Source: Terrimicrobiaceae bacterium (GTDB lineage: Bacteria > Verrucomicrobiota > Verrucomicrobiia > Chthoniobacterales > Terrimicrobiaceae). From it: DNA of 64,000 bases. The translations under genes and the position numbers were made by a program. Within the stretch, counting starts at the first letter, position 1. Each line of letters starts with the position of its first letter. This document shows positions 47,949 to 57,142 of this stretch, one piece after another. The stretch lies in the NCBI GenBank assembly GCA_041752695.1, contig JBGSVZ010000035.1, forward strand, positions 32,001 to 96,000, given 5' to 3'. Under the pieces are notes generated by a model, which saw only the letters and a list, made by a program, of their open reading frames with translations, was not told where the DNA came from and ran no database searches.

Positions 47949-48458
47949 TCAGGCGGCGAGGAGATCTTTGGCGATCCAAATTGTGCAGTGGTCGCCCAAG
48001 CCCGACCATTCTGGCTTCTCCGGTTTGGGTTTTTCGGTCGTGAGAATCTGCACATCCTTTTTCCAGTCGCGTCCCCCATTGGCAGATTCACAACGTGCGA
48101 TGGATTTGTAGGCGATGAAAGTCGAGGATGGATCCCCGACAAAGCGATGATCCTTAACGTGGTAGAATCCGATCATCCGTTCGCCGACTTTCGGAAAAAC
48201 GGAGTGCAGCCAAGAATCACCATTATCGAAATCCTTCGAGTCACCCATGGGCAAAACCTTCCTGACTCCGCCCATTTTGAAAATCGTCTTACCCGTGCTG
48301 CAATAGGAATCTCTTCGGTGCCAAAACATCAGGAGTTCATTGCCGCGGGGAAAGACTGTCACGTGTCAGTCTGGGGAATACTTGTACGTCGGCAGTCCGG
48401 GTCTCGGCGTCAACAGCGCAATTAGTAGGACGGAAAGTGATGGACTCGCGAAATTCAT
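47949..48458 (-). pseudogene. Broken paralog of the 43713..44735 beta-propeller gene
   Basis: ATG 48458 gives MNFASPSLSVLLIALLTPRPGLPTYKYSPD*HVT (TGA at 48366..48368 where the paralog has Gly). 47965..48332 is nearly identical to 44173..44540. Truncated after HCTIW. Confidence 0.85.
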
Positions 48459-48719
48459 GAGGAAGAGGACATTGAGCCGTTGGGTGCTCCAAAAATAACG
48501 GCGGCAAGGAACTTAAACATTTCAACGAGAACGTTCGCCACGCACACCGCGTTCCACCCTTTAGATTCCATTGTCTGCAGGAATTGGCTATCTTATGATC
48601 TTCACCAGACTGCAACGACGAAAGCAACCGAACAAATGGTCAGCGTGTTTTTTCTTGGTTTGATGCCCCCAGAAGGACGCCACCAAAGAAGATTTGTCTG
48701 AGTTGCCATAGGAAACCCC

Positions 48720-49772
48720 TCAGACCAACCGTTCTTTCTGGGTGGACCGCAGATGGATGGTTTTTTTTGTGAGATTGTGCTGAGCTTCTACGAAGCGTAT
48801 TGTCCCGCTGCGTGCCCGCATGAGCACAGAATGGGTAGTCGCCGTGGTGCCCTGCACTTGCACACCCTTGATGAGTGGCCCCGTGCTGATTCCTGTGGCG
48901 GCAAAAATAATATTCTCCCCGCGGGCGAGGTCTTTGGAGAGAAATTGATGGTTGAGTTTGTCGCCCCAGCCGCCAGCAATGAGCGACTCTCGCTCCGCAT
49001 CATCTCGCGGCCAGATCTTTGCGCGCATGCCGCCGCCGAGGCAGCGCAGGCCAGCGGCGGAGAGCACGCCTTCAGGACTGCCGCCGATGCCAGCGTAGAG
49101 ATCAATGTTGGAGGTGTGCATCGCCGGTGCCAACGCGGCAGCGATGTCGCCATCCACGATCAGTCGAAGGCAGGCACCCTTGCGTCGCACGGCTTCTATG
49201 AGGTCGCCATTGCGCGGGCGGTCCAGGGCACATACAACGACATCCCGAACCTCTTTGCCAAGAATCTTGGCGGTGACTTCAATGACCTCCTCGATGGGCG
49301 CGTCCACGTCGATGGGCAGCGAGGGATCTTTGATCCACGCATGGCGCACGGGGAGCGGATAAGCGAGTTTTTTGAGGTAGAATGCAGGGATGTCTTGCAG
49401 TGAGGAGGCTCCATCGTCTTCGACGAGTGTGGCCGCGATACAACTCAAAGAATTGGGCATGCCTTTGGCACAGTTGGTGGTGCCGTCCACGGGGTCCAGC
49501 GCGATGTCGAATCGAGGGGCATCTTTCCCCCATCGTCCAACTTTTTCCCCGATAAACAAACCGGGCGCTTCGTCCTTGATTCCTTCGCCAATGACAATCG
49601 TGCCTCGGATATTCATGAGGTCAAACATGCCACGGATGGCGTCGCAGGCCGCGGCATCGGCAGATTCTTTGTCGCCTTTGCCGAGCCATTGAAGGGTATT
49701 AAGAGCTGCGATTTCCGTAGCGCGGAGGAAATCCATTTCCAGATTTCGTTCGATGTCCGTTGGGAGATTCAT
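48720..49772 (-). CDS. glpX: Class II fructose-1,6-bisphosphatase (FBPase/SBPase)
   Basis: GKGDK..AD.AA, VIGEG.KDEAP.L, DPVDGTT, LDRPR, DGD, GGSPEGV and FAATGI. Confidence 0.93.
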   Translation of the reverse strand: MNLPTDIERNLEMDFLRATEIAALNTLQWLGKGDKESADAAACDAIRGMFDLMNIRGTIVIGEGIKDEAPGLFIGEKVGRWGKDAPRFDIALDPVDGTTNCAKGMPNSLSCIAATLVEDDGASSLQDIPAFYLKKLAYPLPVRHAWIKDPSLPIDVDAPIEEVIEVTAKILGKEVRDVVVCALDRPRNGDLIEAVRRKGACLRLIVDGDIAAALAPAMHTSNIDLYAGIGGSPEGVLSAAGLRCLGGGMRAKIWPRDDAERESLIAGGWGDKLNHQFLSKDLARGENIIFAATGISTGPLIKGVQVQGTTATTHSVLMRARSGTIRFVEAQHNLTKKTIHLRSTQKERLV

Positions 49773-49838
49773 GAGAAAGTTTGGTTTGTCTTGCGATCAG
49801 GAGATGTTCAAAGGAACGCGGCGAGCCCAGCGTCCTCG

Positions 49839-52800
49839 CTACTTAGTAATCGAGAGCCGGAGAAAGCGTCGCAGACCGGGATCCACGGTATCGGTAGCCC
49901 GTAGGGTTTGCACATTTCCCACGGTGCCGAGATCCTCAGTGCTCGGACTGACCAATGGCAGCCACGCGGCGCCGAGGTCAGAGACGCCCTGCACTGAGTA
50001 GGTTAGGTCGGTTGCTTGCAGATTACGGCGATAGGTGAGCTGGAGGCGTCCATTCGGAGCCACGGAGACACTAGGAGCATTCTGTGCATCGGGAATGGTC
50101 GGCTCCAAAGCCATCGCGTATTCGAGCAAGTTCGACAAACCATCTCCATCAGGGTCCGACGATGGGCTCTGAATGGAACCAAGCTTTTGGATCGACCATC
50201 CATCGTAAATGCCCGAGTTGAGAGAGAAGTTGGCTGCCACTGATGTGGCTGCATTGATGGTGAGTGAAATTGGGTTTGTTGTCCCGGATGCTCCTCCACT
50301 CCAATTGGCGAGTCGGTAGCCGGGATCAGGCGTCGCGCTGAGTTGCACAAGTGTTCCCGCACCGTAGGCCGCGGAGTTCGGAGACCGGCTGACTGTGCCG
50401 TTGCCGATGGCCGAGGTTTGGAGTGTAAAAAGTGACGGGGCTGGCGCGGAGGTGACAACCGGCAGGCCCGCCGCCGCTCGCACAACCTCGGCCCGCACAT
50501 TGTCAACCACGGTCTGAACGCCGTTCGATGCACGTGTGATTACCAACTGAAGAAAACCCCCGGATTGTGGCGTGGTGACGGTGATAGGAATGGACAAAGT
50601 GTTCCAGCCATTGGCTGGAGGTTGCGTAGCCAGGAAAGTGCCTATGGCGACGGGGCCATTTGGACCATTCACTGAAGACACCGTTACGCTACCGCCGCCC
50701 CATGTGGCGGGTGCTGGCCAGCCGAAGTCGATTCGCACCGTGACTCGATCCCCTGCTTCGAGTTTGTAGGCGTCCAGAACTTGTGTGAGCGTGCCACCTC
50801 CGTTGTTGCTGTAGCCAATTTGCGTGCCATTGGTCGGCACAAGTGTCGGTGTCATGTATGGGAAGATGGCCCACGTGCTCGTAGCCCAATTTGCGTTCTG
50901 CGTGCCAACGCCACCGAGCGCATTTTCAAATGAGAAGTTATCCACAAGGATCGATTCCACACCAGGGACTGAGACAATGGACGCGCCGGCGACCGTGAGC
51001 GTGAGGCTGCCCGAGCCACTCACATTGATCAGGTTCACAAGGTAGCTGGTCGGCGACTCTTGGGTGATGCTACCGAAGGCTGCTGTGGCACCTGTTCCAG
51101 AAATCAACACGTCTGCCGTCGAATCAAATCCTGTCACGGGCCGATCAAAGATCACACGATATTGGGCCTGCCCGGCTCCCGCGCCAGCCTGGGGGATGAT
51201 GGATGTCACTTTAGGCGCGGCAGCTTCCAAGGTGATCTCATAGGCTCCCCGCGAGGTGACGCTCAGCGGGATTTTCAGCGTGCCACTTACAGGGGTCATC
51301 ACAGAATTGGAAATCTCCGTGGGTGAGCCGAGCGCATTGAGTCCGGCAAAGGGAATTTCTCGCACCCGTACGCGCACATTTCCGGTTGTCGTGAAATCTG
51401 GTAACTGTGCCAAATTCGTGATGGTCACGCTGGTCGTGAACGATTGTGTGCCGTCGTTGCCGATCAGGATGCGTGCCTTGCCGGCTGCGGCATCCACCGA
51501 GCCCAAGCCGCTCAGGAATCCACCCGGGGTGACTGGCACTATGTTTCCAGTCATTTCCGAATACGAATGGTAAACATGCCACAAGGCTCGTGGCTGAAGG
51601 GGCGAGGTTGTCATAATGTTGTCCAAGCGACCGGGCGAGAGACCATTGGTCGTGGAGTCGGTTTGCGCTGGATCCTCGTTCCAGCAGGCGCGGATGGCGT
51701 GGCGGATATTTGTTCTCTCAAGATTGCTGAGGAAGCGGATGGTATTTCCCGGACTTTGCATGAGATCAATCCCCGGGCCTTGGTATTCGTTGACGTCGAT
51801 GGGCCGGTCGGCGATCCCATTGGCAGCCATGAAATCCCGGATGTACTGAACTTGGGAGGGGATCTCTTTCGGGTTGACCATCTCGTGCCAGCTTACGATG
51901 TTGGGCAGCACGTTGTTGTCACGCGCATAGAGCAAAAACGCCTCTAGCCAGCCCGCCCGCTCGGGGGTTGGCCCTGAAGTTACGAAATAGGCGATACTCG
52001 GTCCGACGATCACGGCATTGGGATCTTTGGCTCGCACTCGTTGGAAGGCATGCTTCCACGTTTCGAAAAACTGCGCTTGGGAGCGCCCCCAAAACTCCGC
52101 GTTGTCTGGCTCGTTCCAAAGGTCCCACTCGATCTGCCAGCCTCCTGATGCAGGAAAATTTGCCAGCGCGTGATCGACGATACTGTCAATTTTTTCATCA
52201 AGCAGTTGATAAGGAGTCTTACCGCTATGAGCCGCGTCGCCGGGCCATCCCCAGGAGTTGTGAAGCCCGAACCACATGTATTCATCAGAGATAATAACCT
52301 GCTGCTTGACTCCTGCATTCTGAAGCCGGCTCATGAATCCAGGCGACGAAAACCCACTCTGACCGCTTTCTCCTGGAGGCGTGTTGGGCAGCATGTTTGG
52401 GTTTCCCAGAAAGGCGGGGAAACGATGAATGCGGGGCTTGAGCGCCTCATAGTGCGAGGTCGACGGCAAGCGGTCGGAAAGGCCGTGAAGAAACCCTGTC
52501 GCCTTCTGCGAGACAAACGCCCCCGTCGCCCCGAGATCCACGCTGACTTGATCAATGCGAATCTCGGCATCGTCAATGTAATAGCTCCTTGTTGGATCTT
52601 GAATCCAGAGATAGAGACTGAATTCTGTTGTTGCTCCAGGGTTGACGAATGTGAAACCCCCAGAAAGCTCACTCCATTCACCGGGCGAACACACCCGCTG
52701 CTGCAAGACGGGGCCAAACGTTTCGTTCTCCCCGTTGTTTTGATAGGTTGTGAGTTGTACCGTGATATCGGAGCCCGCTGTTGGCTTGATCCAGACCGAG

Positions 52801-53537
52801 GCGCGATAGGTCTTTCCGGAGACCAGCTTCGTCTGGAGGCCATTAATGCGGGCTCCATGCCAGTCTGCTGAGCGTCCGCTCATAAAACCGGAGAACTGCC
52901 CGCTGCGCTTGTCTGCCGTGCTCGCGGAGATCGTGCCGCCCGCTGCGCTCCACTCGTCGGTAGTGCCTCGCTCGAAGCCGGGGTTTGGCAGCAAATTTTC
53001 AGAGAGGACCAGCTCGGCATCATCGACATAGAGGACCCGTGTGGCATCGGCACAGGAAAAATAGATACTCAATTCCGTGGCTGTCCCATTCGGAGTCCAT
53101 CGAAACTCACCGGAGAGTTGGGTCCACTCGCCCGCCTTGCCGACGGCCGACTGCAACGTGGCAAAGTTGCGACCCGACCCATCGGTCAATGCCGTGACCA
53201 GACTTATCGAAGAATCCGCACCCGGCGAGAGGCGCACCCAGGCCGAAAACCGATAGACATTGCCGGCGGCCACCAATGGAAGTGCATTCACCACGACAGT
53301 TTGCCAATCCGCAGTGCGGTTAAAAACCCGTCCCGAGAAGCTTCCTGTGCGCTTGACGGCCGAGTCCGCAGCCACCGAACTCCCCCACGTTGTCCAGCCA
53401 GAGGTGTTGCCGCTCTCGAAACCACCGTTTGGCAGGAGATTGGTCTGGGCCGAAACTGTAAAGGTTCCGATGAGCAGAGCGAGAAGCGTTATGCCGAGAA
53501 CGTGCGTATCAAGCATCAGGGGATAACATTTTTTCAT
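49839..53537 (-). CDS. Secreted modular glycoside hydrolase: 2x CBM4/9/22-like + GH39-like + Ig-like + CBM-like + InlB-B-type repeat + C-terminal DPDGDG/EYA exoprotein domain
   Basis: NLLPNGGFE and NLLPNPGFE CBMs; WDLWNEPD and IDVNEY; ATPDPGYRLANWSG repeat; DPDGDGLSNLLEYA...LTYSVQ..DL..W...RRFLRL. Paralog of 44788..47511. Confidence 0.82.
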   Translation of the reverse strand: MKKCYPLMLDTHVLGITLLALLIGTFTVSAQTNLLPNGGFESGNTSGWTTWGSSVAADSAVKRTGSFSGRVFNRTADWQTVVVNALPLVAAGNVYRFSAWVRLSPGADSSISLVTALTDGSGRNFATLQSAVGKAGEWTQLSGEFRWTPNGTATELSIYFSCADATRVLYVDDAELVLSENLLPNPGFERGTTDEWSAAGGTISASTADKRSGQFSGFMSGRSADWHGARINGLQTKLVSGKTYRASVWIKPTAGSDITVQLTTYQNNGENETFGPVLQQRVCSPGEWSELSGGFTFVNPGATTEFSLYLWIQDPTRSYYIDDAEIRIDQVSVDLGATGAFVSQKATGFLHGLSDRLPSTSHYEALKPRIHRFPAFLGNPNMLPNTPPGESGQSGFSSPGFMSRLQNAGVKQQVIISDEYMWFGLHNSWGWPGDAAHSGKTPYQLLDEKIDSIVDHALANFPASGGWQIEWDLWNEPDNAEFWGRSQAQFFETWKHAFQRVRAKDPNAVIVGPSIAYFVTSGPTPERAGWLEAFLLYARDNNVLPNIVSWHEMVNPKEIPSQVQYIRDFMAANGIADRPIDVNEYQGPGIDLMQSPGNTIRFLSNLERTNIRHAIRACWNEDPAQTDSTTNGLSPGRLDNIMTTSPLQPRALWHVYHSYSEMTGNIVPVTPGGFLSGLGSVDAAAGKARILIGNDGTQSFTTSVTITNLAQLPDFTTTGNVRVRVREIPFAGLNALGSPTEISNSVMTPVSGTLKIPLSVTSRGAYEITLEAAAPKVTSIIPQAGAGAGQAQYRVIFDRPVTGFDSTADVLISGTGATAAFGSITQESPTSYLVNLINVSGSGSLTLTVAGASIVSVPGVESILVDNFSFENALGGVGTQNANWATSTWAIFPYMTPTLVPTNGTQIGYSNNGGGTLTQVLDAYKLEAGDRVTVRIDFGWPAPATWGGGSVTVSSVNGPNGPVAIGTFLATQPPANGWNTLSIPITVTTPQSGGFLQLVITRASNGVQTVVDNVRAEVVRAAAGLPVVTSAPAPSLFTLQTSAIGNGTVSRSPNSAAYGAGTLVQLSATPDPGYRLANWSGGASGTTNPISLTINAATSVAANFSLNSGIYDGWSIQKLGSIQSPSSDPDGDGLSNLLEYAMALEPTIPDAQNAPSVSVAPNGRLQLTYRRNLQATDLTYSVQGVSDLGAAWLPLVSPSTEDLGTVGNVQTLRATDTVDPGLRRFLRLSITK

Positions 53538-53616
53538 CGATTACAGATGCTATTTGCGGCGAGGGGCATTTTTCGGGGGAACAAATATCGGCGGCGACTT
53601 CGAGCACGACCAATCG

Positions 53617-53630
53617 TGAGAACGTTTACA
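53617..53630. promoter_or_regulatory. LacI-family-type operator variant TGAGAACGTTTACA
   Basis: 80 nt upstream of the 49839..53537 gene; 12/14 match to TGAAAACGTTTGCA. Flanks resemble the 47869 site (AAAAA before, CAC.AT.GGTCG after on the minus strand). Confidence 0.55.
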
Positions 53631-53738
53631 TTTTTTTTTGATTCTTCAAGTTTAATCGATAACAAGCATGAGGACACGCAGGGCCAGCAGGCATCCACCC
53701 AGCCATGGAAAAGTCAAAAACTCGGCAGTCTCGGAGCC

Positions 53739-54743
53739 TCAACGCCCCACCGCGAAGACAACGAAAGCTAGGACACAAAGTGCCACGCCGGAGATCATGA
53801 AGCGGCGGGCGCGCGCAGGGGCGGTCCTCCATTCGTCGGTGGCGAAGCCCCAAAGCACTGAGACAACGATGGCGAAGCCCGAGTAAAAGGCCCAACCGAA
53901 AACTGCGCCGGAAGCACCGAGGCGCAGGGAGAAAATGCCGTAACTCATGAGCGCAAGAAACCAAATGGTGCCCATAGCAAGACCGCGCAGCCAGTCGCTG
54001 ATCGGTGCCTTGCGATAGCGGGATGTTTCTCCAGAGCGGATCATGCGAAAAACCGATGAGCCAGCATTGATAAGGAATCCACCGAAGAGTGCGGGGACCC
54101 ACACGACTAGGGTCGTGAATGCGGAGTGGATGCCAGCGGTTTCTGCCTGCTGGATCAAGCCGGTCCCTGAAGCGAAGGAAAAATTGATCATTGCGGAGAA
54201 TCCGCCAGATAGCAGGCTCAATATGATTCCCAGAATGGCATTCCCGCTTTTCGGTGCACCACTTTGCGTATGGCTTCCTCGCAGCTGGGAGGCCACTCCG
54301 CAGATGGCAATGCCAGCACACAAAATCGCCAAACCGATGGCCAGAGGAAGCGCCTCACCCGGCTTGAGTTTTCCGGTGCCAAGGATAAGTGGAGCAGCGG
54401 CCCCCACGCAGGCCACCGTGCCACAGACCAGTGTGTTGGCCACGGCAAATCCAGAGTTGGCGATAGCCAAGCCAAAAAGCAGTGCGCCCACGCCCCACAG
54501 AATTCCGAACCCGGCGACAGTTGCAACCTCCGATGGCGGTGCGCTGGAGAGCACCTCGAAGATGCCGGGAGCTAAGATGACCGCGATGCCGATTGGCAGG
54601 ATGCACAACGCCGCCAGCGAGAAATTCAACCACGTCTGATTCCAACTCAACTCACGCACTTTGTTTGACGGGATGGCGAAGGAGCCTGCGAAAAAACCGG
54701 CCATTAAAAGGCCAGCCCACGCGAGGAGTGTAGAGGTAGTCAT
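53739..54743 (-). CDS. rhaT: RhaT-family (L-rhamnose-type) sugar:proton symporter
   Basis: GSFAIP..K...W...W, GILWGVG, SG..SAMINF and C-terminal WG....EW; about 10 hydrophobic helices. Substrate not established. Confidence 0.75.
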   Translation of the reverse strand: MTTSTLLAWAGLLMAGFFAGSFAIPSNKVRELSWNQTWLNFSLAALCILPIGIAVILAPGIFEVLSSAPPSEVATVAGFGILWGVGALLFGLAIANSGFAVANTLVCGTVACVGAAAPLILGTGKLKPGEALPLAIGLAILCAGIAICGVASQLRGSHTQSGAPKSGNAILGIILSLLSGGFSAMINFSFASGTGLIQQAETAGIHSAFTTLVVWVPALFGGFLINAGSSVFRMIRSGETSRYRKAPISDWLRGLAMGTIWFLALMSYGIFSLRLGASGAVFGWAFYSGFAIVVSVLWGFATDEWRTAPARARRFMISGVALCVLAFVVFAVGR

Positions 54744-54747
54744 AAAG

Positions 54748-56145
54748 TTAGATCGTGAAAATTTCCCAACGCATCAGGCTTGCGAGCGAGCGGAGCCGGC
54801 CGGCCTGATGGCCTCGCGCGGTGGCAGCGTGATGCACCGGACCGGCCTCAATCCACTGACGATATCCCTCATGGAGTGTGGTATGGGAAAATTGGAAGAA
54901 TCCGGTGATGGCACCGGTATCCGGAAGCGGCTCCTCAAGGATTTCGCCTTCCATGGCAATCAGTCGAAATCCGTTATGCCCGATGGGAGTGAGACTGACC
55001 ACTGTGGCCGGGCCGGGCGCGATGGGATACGCGAAGGAGGCACCCCGCCCATGCAATCCTCGAAAATTGGCGTTTCCCAATAGACGCACCGGACTCCCGG
55101 GTGCCCGCAGCCCATCCGCCGCTTCGCCGGAATTTGCGAGCACAATCGCGCGACGGACCTCGTCGAGCACCTGGACCTCGGTGTAGAGCGCGTCACCGGC
55201 AAGTTCAGCCAGGAGGCGCAATGCCATCGCGGTGGGTAGGTCGCCAACTTCCGAACACGGGATGCCCATCGCGTGGAGACGGCTGATCGCGTAAGTGGCG
55301 GTGAGGCCGATCTCAGGATTACGGAGGCAGTTCACCCCATGGCTGTTGATACTCGCACAGGTCGGTTGCGAATTGCCAAGAAGGGACTTCACGGCCAGCC
55401 AGATCCTCGCTGAGCGCAGCATTTCCTCTTCGGTGATTTCACCGAGAGAGAAATCTCTCTGCATAGAGGCCACCACACTTTGAGTTTCGTCGTCCGACAC
55501 CCCGAGATAGGCCCGAGTAAGATCATCAGCGGAGTGTTTGACGATACGCAACCCGAGCGTGGTCGCATGCGCCTCAGGCAACAGCACATCGGTCATGTCA
55601 GGAAACGGCTCGCCGATCTGCAGCACGCTCCCGCCAGTTAAGGCGCGGCGGGCACGGGCAACTGCAAAGAAGTATTCGAGGCCGGAGGCTGTCTGCGGAG
55701 CCATGCGCGAAGCGCAGAGCACGCGGAATTCGCGGTGACGCCGCGCCAGCACATTGGCCAGTGCCTGAACGCCGATCTGGCCGGTGTTGCGCACGATTTC
55801 GACCATAGAATACCCGGCGTCCACCGTATCGATTTCCTGGCAATGCCAGAGCAGGACAGGAGCATCGAGTTCGCAGATGGCGGCATCGGACAATCCCGAA
55901 AATACCGCGATTACCGTGAGAGCCACCACGCAATCCACACCATCCTTTTGCATGGCCGCACCGGCCGCAGACGCCGCTTCCCGGTTCATCAGCGGATCAA
56001 TCGGCCCAATCACCTCGCCATACTTCGCAAGGATCTCACGACATTCACGGATCTGAGCCCGTTTGCGGGGGGCAAAATCCGCGGAGATTGCCTCGTAATA
56101 ATCGACGTAAAAGGGCAGGAAGCCGATTCGCAGCGGAGGTTTCAC
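54748..56145 (-). CDS. L-arabinose/L-fucose isomerase family protein, divergent
   Basis: PCSEVGD.PTA, YTE, GPATVVSL, MEGE and C-terminal GPVHH typical of the AraA/FucI fold; 4-nt overlap with the upstream gene. Confidence 0.72.
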   Translation of the reverse strand: MKPPLRIGFLPFYVDYYEAISADFAPRKRAQIRECREILAKYGEVIGPIDPLMNREAASAAGAAMQKDGVDCVVALTVIAVFSGLSDAAICELDAPVLLWHCQEIDTVDAGYSMVEIVRNTGQIGVQALANVLARRHREFRVLCASRMAPQTASGLEYFFAVARARRALTGGSVLQIGEPFPDMTDVLLPEAHATTLGLRIVKHSADDLTRAYLGVSDDETQSVVASMQRDFSLGEITEEEMLRSARIWLAVKSLLGNSQPTCASINSHGVNCLRNPEIGLTATYAISRLHAMGIPCSEVGDLPTAMALRLLAELAGDALYTEVQVLDEVRRAIVLANSGEAADGLRAPGSPVRLLGNANFRGLHGRGASFAYPIAPGPATVVSLTPIGHNGFRLIAMEGEILEEPLPDTGAITGFFQFSHTTLHEGYRQWIEAGPVHHAATARGHQAGRLRSLASLMRWEIFTI

Positions 56146-57056
56146 AGGGCCGATTTCACGGGCTTGAGGGCCCCGCGCAACACATCGCGCAGCAACACGG
56201 TTTCACTCAGATTGTCCACGCGGTTGCAATCCCACTTATCCATCCAGACATATTCGAGACAAATCCAGCCGGTATATTTGAGCCCCCGCAGTGCCGCGAC
56301 CATCCGGGGAAAATCGATGGTATTCTCCGCAGCGACGACTTGAATTTTGCCTTTGCAACTGCCCCGTGCATGGACGTGACCAGCGTGCGGCAAAAGAGGT
56401 TCTATGGCATCAGCCGAGAGGCCTTGATTGGCAAAATGCCCGTAGTCTAGGGTGAGGCGAAGGCCCGGAACCTGTTTGATGAGCTCAAGCACCTGCGCGG
56501 GCTTTGCCACGATTGAGCCGGTGTGCGCCTCAATGGAAAACGGCAACCCCGCCGCCGCTGCCCGGTCCTCCCGCCAGGCCATTTCCTCCACGCAGCGAGC
56601 GGCAGAATCGCGTCGGCTCTCGGTCGGCCAATGCACTCCCGGCAAGGCAGAAAAATGTTCCGCACCGCAGGCTTGGGCAAAGGCCAGAGAGCGTTCGAAA
56701 AGGTCACGAGCCTTGCGGCGCACAGACGCGTCAGGGTGGTTAGGGGCCAGGTCCTCGACCGTAGAACCCGGAATCAGAAACAAATCCGCAATCGCCAGGC
56801 CGCGCTCCGCACACCGAGCCTGAAGCTTTCTCGCGGAAGCGGTCGGATTTCTTAACGCAGTGGAGGGTTGCACATGGCTTCTTCCCTCAAAAAACCCGAC
56901 ATCAACCCCCGAAAAGCCGAGGGCCGCAATCAAGTCCAGCGAGGTCTCATGCGAAACCAGTGGAAATGTGAAATCCGCACAAGCGAGCCTGATACCTGCA
57001 TTTCGTTTTGATTTCCGGGAGCGGGATTCTTGCAGCACAAACAACGTCTTATGCAA
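56142..57056 (-). CDS. Sugar phosphate isomerase/epimerase (xylose-isomerase-like TIM barrel, AP endonuclease 2 family)
   Basis: Metal ligands SIEAH, LTLDYGH, HVH and YTGWICLEY. Confidence 0.85.
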   Translation of the reverse strand: MHKTLFVLQESRSRKSKRNAGIRLACADFTFPLVSHETSLDLIAALGFSGVDVGFFEGRSHVQPSTALRNPTASARKLQARCAERGLAIADLFLIPGSTVEDLAPNHPDASVRRKARDLFERSLAFAQACGAEHFSALPGVHWPTESRRDSAARCVEEMAWREDRAAAAGLPFSIEAHTGSIVAKPAQVLELIKQVPGLRLTLDYGHFANQGLSADAIEPLLPHAGHVHARGSCKGKIQVVAAENTIDFPRMVAALRGLKYTGWICLEYVWMDKWDCNRVDNLSETVLLRDVLRGALKPVKSAL

Positions 57057-57142
57057 TATATTAACTTTCGTGCAAGTCGAAGTTCATAGTTTTTTCAGAT
57101 TCACCCACGGCGTCTGCCAACGAATAGACCGTCGTTCCAGCC

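Noticed and set aside
44173..48332. The ~370-bp direct repeat as the ends of a mobile element
   Set aside because: The repeat is coding sequence of the propeller gene; no transposase, integrase or terminal inverted repeats were seen.
48526..48539. CGAGAACGTTCGCC as a fifth LacI-type site
   Set aside because: It lacks the terminal TG/CA and is too degenerate to distinguish from chance.
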